From Bugula neritina (taxonomy: Eukaryota > Animalia > Bryozoa): a DNA stretch of 64,000 nt. The stretch spans positions 806,001-870,000 of the forward strand of contig CAXIUT010000230.1 of NCBI GenBank assembly GCA_964035545.1, read 5' to 3'. The notes below the pieces were generated by a model. The model searched no databases. It was not told the origin of the DNA and was given only the letters and a program-made list of their open reading frames with translations. Position numbers and translations under genes: made by a program. How positions within the stretch are numbered: position 1 is the stretch's first letter; every line of letters starts with the position of its first letter. Positions 28,240 to 44,800 of the stretch are shown here, piece after piece.

Positions 28240-31200
28240 CTGTGACACACTGAAATACACTGCAACGTACTGCAACATACTGCAACATACTGAAATATTG
28301 TGCGACACATTAAAATATACTGCAACATATTGAAATATACTGTAACATACTGCAACATGCTAAAATACACTGCAGCATACTGAAATACATTGCAACACAT
28401 TAAAATATACTGCGACATACTGAAACATACTGCAACATGCTGAAATATACTGCAACATACTGAAATACACTATAACATATTGAAATATACTGCAACATAC
28501 TGAATTACACTCTAACATACTGAAATATGCTGTAGCATACTGAAATGCACTGCAACACACTGAAGTATACTGAAATACACTGCAACATACTGCAAGATAC
28601 CGCAACCTACTGAAATACACTGTAACATATTGAAATACACTGCATCATACTGCAAAATACTGAATTACACTGGAACATATTGATATACACTGCAACACAT
28701 TGAAATATAATGCAACACACTGAAACATACGGCAATATACCAAAATATACTGCGACACCTTGAAAAATACTGCAACATACGAAATATACTGCAAGTGGTG
28801 CAACATACTCAAGTACAATGTGACACACTGAAATACACTGCAACATACTGCAACATACTGCAACATACTGAAATACACTGTAACATATTGAAATACACTG
28901 CATCATACTGCAACATACTGAAAAACACTGGAACATATTGATATACACTGCAGTTCATTGAAATATACAGCAACACACTGCAACATACGGCAGCATATCG
29001 AAATATACTGCGACACCTTGAAAAATACTGCAACATACTGAAATATACTGCAAGTGGTGCAACATACTGAAATACACTGTGACATACTGAAATACACTGC
29101 AACATACTGCAAGATATTGCAACGTACGGAAATACAGTGTAACTTATTGAATTACACTGCATCATACTGCAACATACTGAGATACACTGGAACATATTGA
29201 TATACACTGCAACATACTGAATTACACTCTAACATACTGAAATATACTGCGACACATTGCAATATACTGTAACATACTGAAATATGCTGTAGCACACTGA
29301 AATACACTGCAACTCACTGAATTATACTGCAACATACTGAAATACACTGTAACATATTGAAATATACTGCAACATACTGCAACATACTGAAATACACTGG
29401 AACATATTGAAATACACTGCAACAAATTGAAGTATACTGCAACACACTGAAACACACTGAAATACACTGCAAAACACTACAACATACTGAAACATACTGC
29501 AACATACTGAAATACACTACAACATACTGAAATATACTGCAACATACTGCACCATACTGAAATACACTGTAACATACTGAAATACACTGCAACATAATAC
29601 AATATATTGAAATACACTGCAACACATTGAAATATACTGCGACATACTGAAATACACTATAACATATTGAAATATACTGCAACATACTGAATTACACTCT
29701 AACATACTGAAATATACTGCAACATACTGAATTACACTCTAACATACTGAAATATGCTGTAGCATACTGAAATACACTGCAACACACTGAAGTATACTGT
29801 AATACACTGAAATGTGATGCAACATACTGAATTATACTGCAACATAGTGCAACATACTCAAATACACTACAACAAACTGCAACATACTGAAATACACTGG
29901 AACATATTGAAATACACTGCGACACATTGAAACATACTGCAACATACTGAAATACACTGTGACACATTGAAATACACTGCAACATACTGCAACATACTGC
30001 AACATACTGAAATACATTGCAACACAATAAAATATACTGCAACATACTGAAACACACTGCAACATACTGAAATATACTGCAACACACTGAAACATACGGC
30101 AACATACCGAAATGAACTGCGACACGTTGAAAATTACTGCAACATACTGAAATATACTGTGACGCATTAAAAAATACTGCAACATACTGAAATAGACTGC
30201 AAGTGGTGCAACATAGTGAAATACACTGTGACACACTGAAATACACTGCAACGTACTGCAACATACTGCAACATACTGAAATATTGTGCGACACATTAAA
30301 ATATACTGCAACATATTGAAATATACTGTAACATACTGCAACATGCTAAAATACACTGCAGCATACTGAAATACATTGCAACACATTAAAATATACTGCG
30401 ACATACTGAAACATACTGCAACATGCTGAAATATACTGCAACATACTGAAATACACTATAACATATTGAAATATACTGCAACATACTGAATTACACTCTA
30501 ACATACTGAAATATGCTGTAGCATACTGAAATGCACTGCAACACACTGAAGTATACTGAAATACACTGCAACATACTGCAAGATACCGCAACCTACTGAA
30601 ATACACTGTAACATATTGAAATACACTGCATCATACTGCAAAATACTGAATTACACTGGAACATATTGATATACACTGCAACACATTGAAATGTAATGCA
30701 ACACACTGAAACATACGGCAATATACCGAAATATACTTCGACACCTTGAAAAATACTGCAACATACGAAATATACTGCAAGTGGTGCAACATACTCAAAT
30801 ACAATGTGACACACTGAAATACACTGCAACATACTGCAACATACTGCAACATACTGAAATACACTGTAACATATTGAAATACACTGCATCATACTGCAAC
30901 ATACTGAAAAACACTGGAACATATTGATATACACTGCAACTCATTGAAATATACAGCAACACACTGCAACATACGGCAGCATATCGAAATATACTGCGAC
31001 ACCTTGAAAAATACTGCAACATACTGAAATATACTGCAAGTGGTGCAACATACTGAAATACACTGTGACATACTGAAATACACTGCAACATACTACAAGA
31101 TATTGCAACGTACGGAAATACAGTGTAACTTATTGAATTACACTGCATCATACTGCAACATACTGAGATACACTGGAACATATTGATATACACTGCAACA

Positions 31201-31830
31201 TACTGAATTACACTCTAACATACTGAAATATACTGCGACACATTGCAATATACTGTAACATACTGAAATATGCTGTAGCACACTGAAATACACTGCAACT
31301 CACTGAAATATACTGCAACATACTGAAATACACTGTAACATATTGAAATATACTGCAACATACTGCAACATACTGAAATACACTGGAACATATTGAAATA
31401 CACTGCAACAAATTGAAGTATACTGCAACACACTGAAACACACTGAAATACACCGCAAAACACTACAACATACTGAAACATACTGCAACATACTGAAATA
31501 CACTACTACATACTGAAATATACCGCAACATACTGCACCATACTGAAATACACTGTAACATACTGAAATACACTGCAACATAATACAATATATTGAAATA
31601 CACTGCAACACATTGAAATATACTGCAACATACTGAAATACACTATAACATATTGAAATATACTGCAACATACTGAATTACACTCTAACATACTGAAATA
31701 TACTGCAACATACTGAATTACACTCTAACATACTGAAATATGCTGTAGCATACTGAAATACACTGCAACACACTGAAGTATACTGTAATACACTGAAATG
31801 TGATGCAACATACTGAATTATACTGCAACA
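28240..31830 (+). repeat. Tandem duplication, period 1986 bp
   Basis: ORF twins 28360/30346, 28607/30593, 29222/31208, 29692/31678. Confidence 0.85.
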
Positions 31831-34800
31831 AACTGCAACATACTGAACTACACTGGAACATATTGAAATACACTGCGACACATTGAAACATACTGCAACA
31901 TACTGAAATACACCGTAACATATCGAAATACACTGCAACATACTGCAACATACTGAAATGCACCGGAACATAATGGAATACCCTGCAACACATTGAAATA
32001 TACTGCAACAGACTGAAACATAAGGTAACGCAATGAAGTATACTGCGACACATTAAAATATACTGCAACATACTGAAACATACTGCAACATACTGAAATG
32101 TAATGTAATATACAGAAATGTACTGTAACATACTGAAATATACTGTAACAGACTGAAATATACTCTAACATACCGAAATACACTGTAACATACTGAAATA
32201 TACTGCAACATACTGCAACATACTGAATTACACTTGAACATAATGAAATACACTGCAACACATTGAAATATACTGCAACATATCGAAATGAATGGTAAAC
32301 TAGTGTAATATACTGTAACATAATGAAACATACCGGAACATACTGCAACGTATTAAAGCATAGTGTAACACACTGAAATATACGGCAACATACCGAAATA
32401 TACTGCAACACGTTGAAAAATACTGCAACATACTCAAATATACTGCAACATATTGAACTACACTGCTACACTCTGAAATATACTGCAACACACTGAAACA
32501 TACGGCAACATACTGAAATAAACTGCGACACGTTGAAAATTACTGCAACATACTGAAATATACTGCGACGCCTTAAAATATTCTGCAACATACTGAAATA
32601 GACTGCGACACCTTGAAAAATACTGCAACATACGAAATATACTGCAAGTGGTGCAACATACTGAAATACAATGTGACACACTGAAATACACTGCAACATA
32701 CTGCAACATACTGCAACATACTGAAATATTGTGCGACACATTGAAATATACTGCAACATATTGAAATATACTGTAACATACTGCAACATACTAAAATACA
32801 CTGCAGCATACTGGAATACATTGCAACACATTAAAATATACTGCGACATACTGAAACATACTGCAACATACTGAAATACACTATAACATATTGAAATATA
32901 CTGCAACATACTGAATTACACTCTAAGATGCTGAAATATGCTGTAGCATGCTGAAATACACTGCAACACACCGAAGTGTACTGAAATACACTGCAACATA
33001 CTGCAAGATACCGCAACCTACTGAAATACACTGTAACATATTGAAATACACTGCATCATACTGCAACATACTGAATTACACTGGAACATATTGATATACA
33101 CTGCAACACATTGAAATATAATGCAACACACTGAAACATACGGCAATATACCGAAATATACTGCGACACCTTGAAAAATACTGCAACATCTGGAATATAC
33201 TGCAAGTGGTGCAACATACTGAAGTACAATGTGACACACTGGAATACACTGCAACATACTGCAACATACTGCAACATACTGAAATACACTGTAACATATT
33301 GAAATACACTGCATCATACTGCAACATACTGAAAAACACTGGAACATATTGATATACACTGCAACTCATTGAAATATACTGCAACACACTGCAACATACG
33401 GCAGCATACCGAAATATACTGCGGCACCTTGAAAAATACTGCAACATACTGAAATATACTGCAAGTGGTGCAACATACTGAAATACACTGTGACATACTG
33501 AAACACACTGCAACATACTGCAAGATATTGCAACGTACGGAAATACAGTGTAACTTATTGAATTACACTGCATCATACTGCAACATACTGAGATACACCG
33601 GAACATATTGATATACACTGCAACACATTGAAATATACTGCAACACACTGAACCATATGGCAACATACCGAAATTTACTGCGACACACTAAAAAATACTG
33701 CAACATACGAATTATACTTCAAGTGGTGCAACATACTGAAATACATTGTGACACACTGAAATACACTGCAACATACTGCAACATACTGCAACATACTGAA
33801 TTATTGTGCGACACATTGAAATATACTGCAACATATTGAAATATACCGTAACATACTGCAACATACTAAAATAGACTGCAACATAATGAAATACATTGCA
33901 ACACATTAAAATATACTGCGACATACTGAAACATACTGCAACATGCTGAAATATACTGCAACATACTGAAATACACTATAACATATTGAAATATACTGCA
34001 ACATACTGAATTACACTCTAACATACTGAAATATACTGCAACATACTGAATTACACTCTAACATACTGAAATATGCTGTAGCATACTGAAATACACTGCA
34101 ACACACTGAAGTATACTGTAATACACTGAAATGTGATGCAACATACTGAATTATACTGCAACATAGTGCAACATACTCAAATACACTACAACAAACTGCA
34201 ACATACTGAAATACACTGGAACATATTGAAATACACTGCGACACATTGAAACATACTGCAACATACTGAAATACACTGTGACACATTGAAATACACTGCA
34301 ACATACTGCAACATACTGCAACATACTGAAATACATTGCAACACAATAAAATATACTGCAACATACTGAAACATACTGCAACATACTGAAATATACTGCA
34401 ACACACTGAAACATACGGCAACATACCGAAATGAACTGCGACACGTTGAAAATTACTGCAACATACTGAAATATACTGTGACGCCTTAAAATATACTGCA
34501 ACATACTGAAATAGACTGCAAGTGGTGCAACATAGTGAAATACACTGTGACACACTGAAATGCACTGCAACATACTGCAACATACTGCAACATACTGAAA
34601 TATTGTGCGACACAATAAAATATACTGCAACATATTGAAATATACTGTAACATACTGCAACATGCTAAAATACACTGCAGCATACTGAAATACATTGCAA
34701 CACATTAAAATATACTGCGACATACTGAAACATACTGCAACATGCTGAAATATACTGCAACATACTGAAATACACTATAACATATTGAAATATACTGCAA

Positions 34801-37800
34801 CATACTGAATTACACTCTAACATACTGAAATATGCTGTAGCATACTGAAATGCACTGCAACACACTGAAGTATACTGAAATACACTGCAACATACTGCAA
34901 GATACCGCAACCTACTGAAATACACTGTAACATATTGAAATACACTGCATCATACTGCAAAATACTGAATTACACTGGAACATATTGATATACACTGCAA
35001 CACATTGAAATATAATGCAACACACTGAAACATACGGCAATATACCGAAATATACTTCGACACCTTGAAAAATACTGCAACATACGAAATATACTGCAAG
35101 TGGTGCAACATACTCAAATACAATGTGACACACTGAAATACACTGCAACATACTGCAACATACTGCAACATATTGAAATACACTGTAACATATTGAAATA
35201 CACTGCATCATACTGCAACATACTGAAAAACACTGGAACATATTGATATACACTGCAACTCATTGAAATATACAGCAACACACTGCAACATACGGCAGCA
35301 TATCGAAATATACTGCGACACCTTGAAAAATACTGCAACATACTGAAATATACTGCAAGTGGTGCAACATACTGAAATACACTGTGACATACTGAAATAC
35401 ACTGCAACATACTACAAGATATTGCAACGTACGGAAATACAGTGTAACTTATTGAATTACACTGCATCATACTGCAACATACTGAGATACACTGGAACAT
35501 ATTGATATACACTGCAACATACTGAATTACACTCTAACATACTGAAATATACTGCGACACATTGCAATATACTGTAACATACTGAAATATGCTGTAGCAC
35601 ACTGAAATACACTGCAACTCACTGAAATATACTGCAACATACTGAAATACACTGTAACATATTGAAATATACTGCAACATACTGCAACATACTGAAATAC
35701 ACTGGAACATACTGAAATACACTGCAACATAATACAATATATTGAAATACACTGCAACACATTGAAATATACTGCAACATACTGAAATACACTATAACAT
35801 ATTGATATATACTGCAACATACTGAATTACACTCTAACATACTGAAATATACTGCAACATACTGAATTACACTCTAACATACTGAAATATGCTGTAGCAT
35901 ACTGAAATACACTGCAACACACTGAAGTATACTGTAATACACTGAAAGGTGATGCAACATACTGAATTATACTGCAACAAACTGCAACATACTGAACTAC
36001 ACTGGAACATATTGAAATACACTGCGACACATTGAAACATACTGCAACATACTGAAATACACCGTAACATATCGAAATACACTGCAACATACTGCAACAT
36101 ACTGAAATGCACCGGAACATAATGGAATACCCTGCAACACATTGAAATATACTGCAACAGACTGAAACATAAGGTAACGCAATGAAGTATACTGCGACAC
36201 ATTAAAATATACTGCAACATACTGAAACATACTGCAACATACTGAAATGTAATGTAATATACAGAAATGTACTGTAACATACTGAAATATACTGTAACAG
36301 ACTGAAATATACTCTAACATACCGAAATACACTGTAACATACTGAAATATACTGCAACATACTGCAACATACTGAATTACACTTGAACATAATGAAATAC
36401 ACTGCAACACATTGAAATATACTGCAACATATCGAAATGAATGGTAAACTAGTGTAATATACTGTAACATAATGAAACATACCGGAACATACTGCAACGT
36501 ATTAAAGCATAGTGTAACACACTGAAATATACGGCAACATACCGAAATATACTGCAACACGTTGAAAAATACTGCAACATACTCAAATATACTGCAACAT
36601 ATTGAACTACACTGCTACACTCTGAAATATACTGCAACACACTGAAACATACGGCAACATACTGAAATAAACTGCGACACGTCTAAAATTACTGCAACAT
36701 ACTGAAATATACTGCGACGCCTTAAAATATTCTGCAACATACTGAAATAGACTGCGACACCTTGAAAAATACTGCAACATACGAAATATACTGCAAGTGG
36801 TGCAACATACTGAAATACAATGTGACACACTGAAATACACTGCAACATACTGCAACATACTGCAACATACTGAAATATTGTGCGACACATTGAAATATAC
36901 TGCAACATATTGAAATATACTGTAACATACTGCAACATACTAAAATACACTGCAGCATACTGGAATACATTGCAACACATTAAAATATACTGCGACATAC
37001 TGAAACATACTGCAACATACTGAAATACACTATAACATATTGAAATATACTGCAACATACTGAATTACACTCTAAGATGCTGAAATATGCTGTAGCATGC
37101 TGAAATACACTGCAACACACCGAAGTGTACTGAAATACACTGCAACATACTGCAAGATACCGCAACCTACTGAAATACACTGTAACATATTGAAATACAC
37201 TGCATCATACTGCAACATACTGAATTACACTGGAACATATTGATATACACTGCAACACATTGAAATATAATGCAACACACTGAAACATACGGCAATATAC
37301 CGAAATATACTGCGACACCTTGAAAAATACTGCAACATACGAAATATACTGCAAGTGGTGCAACATACTGAAGTACAATGTGACACACTGGAATACACTG
37401 CAACATACTGCAACATACTGCAACATACTGAAATACACTGTAACATATTGAAATACACTGCATCATACTGCAACATACTGAAAAACACTGGAACATATTG
37501 ATATACACTGCAACTCATTGAAATATACTGCAACACACTGCAACATACGGCAGCATACCGAAATATACTGCGACACCTTGAAAAATACTGCAACATACTG
37601 AAATATACTGCAAGTGGTGCAACATACTGAAATACACTGTGACATACTGAAACACACTGCAACATACTGCAAGATATTGCAACGTACGGAAATACAGTGT
37701 AACTTATTGAATTACACTGCATCATACTGCAACATACTGAGATACACCGGAACATATTGATATACACTGCAACACATTGAAATATACTGCAACACACTGA

Positions 37801-38810
37801 ACCATATGGCAACATACCGAAATTTACTGCGACACACTAAAAAATACTGCAACATACGAATTATACTTCAAGTGGTGCAACATACTGAAATACATTGTGA
37901 CACACTGAAATACACTGCAACATACTGCAACATACTGCAACATACTGAATTATTGTGCGACACATTGAAATATACTGCAACATATTGAAATATACCGTAA
38001 CATACTGCAACATACTAAAATAGACTGCAACATAATGAAATACATTGCAACACATTAAAATATACTGCGACATACTGAAACATACTGCAACATGCTGAAA
38101 TATACTGCAACATACTGAAATACACTATAACATATTGAAATATACTGCAACATACTGAATTACACTCTAACATACTGAAATATACTGCAACATACTGAAT
38201 TACACTCTAACATACTGAAATATGCTGTAGCATACTGAAATACACTGCAACACACTGAAGTATACTGTAATACACTGAAATGTGATGCAACATACTGAAT
38301 TATACTGCAACATAGTGCAACATACTCAAATACACTACAACAATTTGCAACATACTGAAATACACTGGAACATATTGAAATACACTGCGACACATTGAAA
38401 CATACTGCAACATACTGAAATACACTGTGACACATTGAAATACACTGCAACATACTGCAACATACTGCAACATACTGAAATACATTGCAACACAATAAAA
38501 TATACTGCAACATACTGAAACATACTGCAACATACTGAAATATACTGCAACACACTGAAACATACGGCAACATACCGAAATGAACTGCGACACGTTGAAA
38601 ATTACTGCAACATACTGAAATATACTGTGACGCCTTAAAATATACTGCAACATACTGAAATAGACTGCAAGTGGTGCAACATAGTGAAATACACTGTGAC
38701 ACACTGAAATGCACTGCAACATACTGCAACATACTGCAACATACTGAAATATTGTGCGACACAATAAAATATACTGCAACATATTGAAATATACTGTAAC
38801 ATACTGCAAC
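30340..38810 (+). repeat. Tandem duplication of a 4319-bp unit; second copy 4149 bp owing to a 170-bp deletion near 35710
   Basis: ORF twins 30346/34665 and 31208/35527 (4319), then 31678/35827, 33657/37806 and 34011/38160 (4149). Shared private variants TATACTTCGACACC, TACTACAAGA and GTAGCATGCTG. Confidence 0.9.
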
Positions 38811-41800
38811 ATACTAAAATACACTGCAACACATTAAAATATACTGCAACATACTGAAACATACTGCAACATACTGAAATACACTGTGACACACTGAAAT
38901 ACACTACAACATACTGCAACATACTAAAATACACTGGAACATACTGCAACATACTGCAACATACTGAATCATTGTGCGACACATTGAAATATACTGCAAC
39001 ATATTGAAATATACCGTAACATACTGCAACATACTAAAATAGACTGCAACATACTGAAATACATTGCAACACATTAAAATATACTGCGACATACTGAAAC
39101 ATACTGCAACATGCTGAATTATACTGCAACATACTGAAATACACTATAACATATTGAAATATACTGCAACATACTGAATTACACTCGAACATACTGAAAT
39201 ATGCTGTAGCATACTGAAATACACTGCAACACACTGAAGTATACTGTAATACACTGAAATGTGATGCAACATACTGAATTATACTGCAACATAGTGCAAC
39301 ATACTCAAATACACTACAACAAACTGCAACATACTGAAATACACTGGAACATATTGAAATACACTGCGACAAATTGAAACATACTGCAACATACTGAAAT
39401 ACACTGTGACACATTGAAATACACTGCAACATACTGCAACATACTGCAACATACTGAAATACATTGCAACACATTAAAATATACTGCAACATACTGAAAC
39501 ATACTGCAACATACTGAAATATACTGCAACACACTGAAACATACGGCAACATACCGAAATAAACTGCGACACGTTGAAAATTACTGCAACATACTGAAAT
39601 ATACTGCGACGCCTTAAAATATACTGCAACATACTGAAATAGACTGCAAGTGGTGCAACATAGTGAAATACACTGTGACACACTGAAATACACTGCAACA
39701 TACTGCAACATACTGAAATATTGTGCGACACAATAAAATATACTGCAACATATTGAAATATACTGTAACATACTGCAACATACTAAAATACACTGCAACA
39801 CATTAAAATATACTGCAACATACTGAAACATACCGCAACATACTGAAATACACTGTGACACACTGAAATACACTACAACATACTGCAACATACTAAAATA
39901 CACTGGAACATACTGCAACATACTGCAACATACTGAATTACACTGGAACTTATTGATATACACTGCAACATATTGAAATATACTGCAACATACTGAAACA
40001 TACTGCAACATACTGAAATACACTGCAACACACTGAAGTATACTGTAATACACTGAAATGTAATGCAACATACTGAATTATACTGCAAAATAGTGCAACA
40101 TACTGAAATACACTGTGACACACTGAAAAACACTGAAACATAATGCAACATACTGCAACATACTGAAATACACTGTAACATATCGGAATACACTGCAACA
40201 TACTGCAACATACTGCAACATACTGAAATACACCGTAACATATCGAAATACACTGCAACATACTGCAACATACTGAAATGCACCGGAACATAATGGAATA
40301 CCCTGCAACACATTGAAATATACTGCAACAGACTGAAACATAAGGTAACGCAATGAAGTATACTGCGACACATTAAAATATACTGCAACATACTGAAATA
40401 TACTGCAACATACTGAAATGTAATGTAATATACAGAAATGTACTGTAACATACTGAAATATACTGTAACAGACTGAAATATACTCTAACATACCGAAATA
40501 CACTGTAACATACTGAAATATACTGCAACATACTGCAACATACTGAATTACACTTGAACATAATGAAATACACTGCAACACATTGAAATATACTGCAACA
40601 TATCGAAATGAATGGTAAACTAGTGTAATATACTGTAACATAATGAAACATACCGGAACATACTGCTACGTATTAAAGCATAGTGTAACACACTGAAATA
40701 TACGGCAACATACCGAAATATACTGCAACACGTTGAAAAATACTGCAACATACTGAAATATACTGCAACATATTGAACTACACTGCTACACTCTGAAATA
40801 TACTGCAACACACTGAAACATACGGCAACATACTGAAATAAACTGCGACGCCTTAAAATATTCTGCAACATACTGAAATAGACTGCGACACCTTGAAAAA
40901 TACTGCAACATACGAAATATACTGCAAGTGGTGCAACATACTGAAATACAATGTGACACACTGAAATACACTGCAACATACTGCAACATACTGCAACATA
41001 CTGAAATATTGTGCGACACATTGAAATATACTGCAACATATTGAAATACACTGTAACATACTGCAACATACTAAAATACACTGCAGCATACTGGAATACA
41101 TTGCAACACATTAAAATATACTGCGACATACTGAAACATACTGCAACATACTGAAATACACTATAACATATTGAAAAATACTGCAACATACTGAATTACA
41201 CTCTAAGATGCTGAAATATGCTGTAGCATACTGAAATACACTGCAACACACTGAAGTGTACTGAAATACACTGCAACATACTGCAAGATACCGCAACCTA
41301 CTGAAATACACTGTAACATATTGAAATACACTGCATCATACTGCAACATACTGAATTACACTGGAACATATTGATATTCACTGCAACACATTGAAATATA
41401 ATGCAACACACTGAAACATACGGCAATATACCGAAATATACTGCGACACCTTGAAAAATACTGCAACATACGAAATATACTGCAAGTGGTGCAACATACT
41501 GAAGTACAATGTGACATACTGAAACACACTGCAACATACTGCAAGATATTGCAACGTACGGAAATACAGTGTAACTTATTGAATTACACTGCATCATACT
41601 GCAACATACTGAGATACACCGGAACATATTGATATACACTGCAACACATTGAAATATACTGCAACACACTGAACCATATGGCAACATACCGAAATTTACT
41701 GCGACACACTAAAAAATACTGCAACATACGAATTATACTTCAAGTGGTGCAACATACTGAAATACATTGTGACACACTGAAATACACTGCAACATACTGC

Positions 41801-44800
41801 AACATACTGCAACATACTGAATTATTGTGCGACACATTGAAATATACTGCAACATATTGAAATATACCGTAACATACTGCAACATACTAAAATAGACTGC
41901 AACATAATGAAATACATTGCAACACATTAAAATATACTGCGACATACTGAAACATACTGCAACATGCTGAAATATACTGCAACATACTGCAACATACTGC
42001 AACATACTGAAATATTGTGCGACACAATAAAATATACTGCAACATATTGAAATATACTGTAACATACTGCAACATACTAAAATACACTGCAACACATAAA
42101 AATATACTGCAACATACTGAAACATACTGCAACATACTGAAATACACTGTGACACACTGAAATACACTACAGCATACTGCAACATACTAAAATACACTGG
42201 AACATACTGCAACATACTGCAACATACTGAATCATTGTGCGACACATTGAAATATACTGCAACATATTGAAATATACCGTAACATACTGCAACATACTAA
42301 AATAGACTGCAACATACTGAAATACATTGCAACACATTAAAATATACTGCGACATACTGAAACATACTGCAACATGCTGAAATATACTGCAACATACTGA
42401 AATACACTATAACATATTGAAATATACTGCAACATACTGAATTACACTCTAACATACTGAAATATGCTGTAGCATACTGAAATACACTGCAACACACTGA
42501 AGTATACTGTAATACACTGAAATGTGATGCAACACACTGAAGTATACTGTAATACACTGAAATGTAATGCAACATACTGAATTATACTGCAAAATAGTGC
42601 AACATACTGAAATACACTGTGACACACTGAAAAACACTGAAACATAATGCAACATACTGCAACATACTGAAATACACTGTAACATATCGGAATACACTGC
42701 AACATACTGCAACATACTGAAATACACCGTAACATATCGAAATACACTGCAACATACTGCAACATACTGAAATGCACCGGAACATAATGGAATACCCTGC
42801 AACACATTGAAATATACTGCAACAGACTGAAACATAAGGTAACGCAATGAAGTATACTGCGACACATTAAAATATACTGCAACATACTGAAATATACTGC
42901 AACATACTGAAATGTAATGTAATATACAGAAATGTACTGTAACATACTGAAATATACTGTAACAGACTGAAATATACTCTAACATACCGAAATACACTGT
43001 AACATACTGAAATATACTGTAACATACTGCAACATACTGAATTACACTTGAACATAATGAAATACACTGCAACACATTGAAATATACTGCAACATATCGA
43101 AATGAATGGTAAACTAGTGTAATATACTGTAACATAATGAAACATACCGGAACATACTGCAACGTATTAAAGCATAGTGTAACACACTGAAATATACGGC
43201 AACATTCCGAAATAAACTGCGACACGTTGAAAATTACTGCAACATACTGAAATATACTGCGACGCCTTAAAATATACTGCAACATACTGAAATAGACTGC
43301 AAGTGGTGCAACATAGTGAAATACACTGTGACACACTGAAATACACTGCAACATACTGCAACATTCGGAAATATTGTGCGACGCAATAAAATATACTGCA
43401 ACATATTGAAATATACTGTAACATACTGCAACATACTAAAATACACTGCAACACATTAAAATATACTGCAACATACTGCAACATACTGAAATACACTTGA
43501 ACATAATGAAATACACTGCAACACATTGAAATAAACTGCAACATATCGAAATGAATGGTAAACTAGTGTAATATACTGTAACATAATGAAACATACCGGA
43601 ACATACTGCAACGTATTAAAGTATAGTGTAACACACTGAAATATACGGCAACATACCGAAATAAACTGCAACACGTTGAAAAATATTGCAACATACTGAA
43701 ATATACTGCAACATACTGCAACGTACTGAAATACACTGGAACATATTGAACTACACTGCAACAGTCTGAAATATACTGCAACACACTGAAACATACGGCA
43801 ACATACCGAAATAAACTGCGACACGTTGAAAATTACCGCAACATACTGAAATATACTGCGACGCCTTAAAATATACTGCAACATACTGAAATAGACTGCA
43901 AGTGGTGCAACATACTGAAATACACTGTGACACACTGAAATACACTGCAACATACTGCAACATACTGCAAGATACTGCAACGTACGGAAATACAGTGTAA
44001 CTTATTGAATTACACTGCATCATACTGCAACATACTGAGATACACTGGAACATATTGATATACACTGCAACACATTGAAATATACTGCAACACACTGAAC
44101 CATATGGCAACATACCGAAATTTACTGCGACACACGGAAAAATACTGCAACATACAAATTATACTTCAAGTGGTGCAACATTCTGAAATACAATGTGACA
44201 CACTGAAATACACTGCAACATACTGCAACATACTGCAACATACTGAAATACACCGTAACATATCGAAATACACTGCAACATACTGCAACATACTGAAATG
44301 CACCGGAACATAATGGAATACCCTGCAACACATTGAAATATACTGCAACAGACTGAAACATAAGGTAACACAATGAAGTATACTGCGACACATTAAAATA
44401 TACTGCAACATACTGAAATATACTGCATCATACTGAAATGTAATGTAATATACAGAAATGTACTGTAACATACTGAAATATACTGTAACAGACTGAAATA
44501 TACTCTAACATACCAAAATACACTGTAACATACTGAAATATACTGCAACATACTGCAACATACTGAATTACACTTGAACATAATGAAATACACTGCAACA
44601 CATTGAAATATACTGCAACATATCGGAATGAATGGTAAACTAGTGTAATATGCTGTAACATAATGAAACATACCGGAACATACTGCAACGTATTAAAGCA
44701 TAGTGTAACACACTGAAATATACGGCAACATACCGAAATATACTGCAACACGTTGAAAAATATTGCAACATACTGAAATATACTGCAACATATTGAACTA

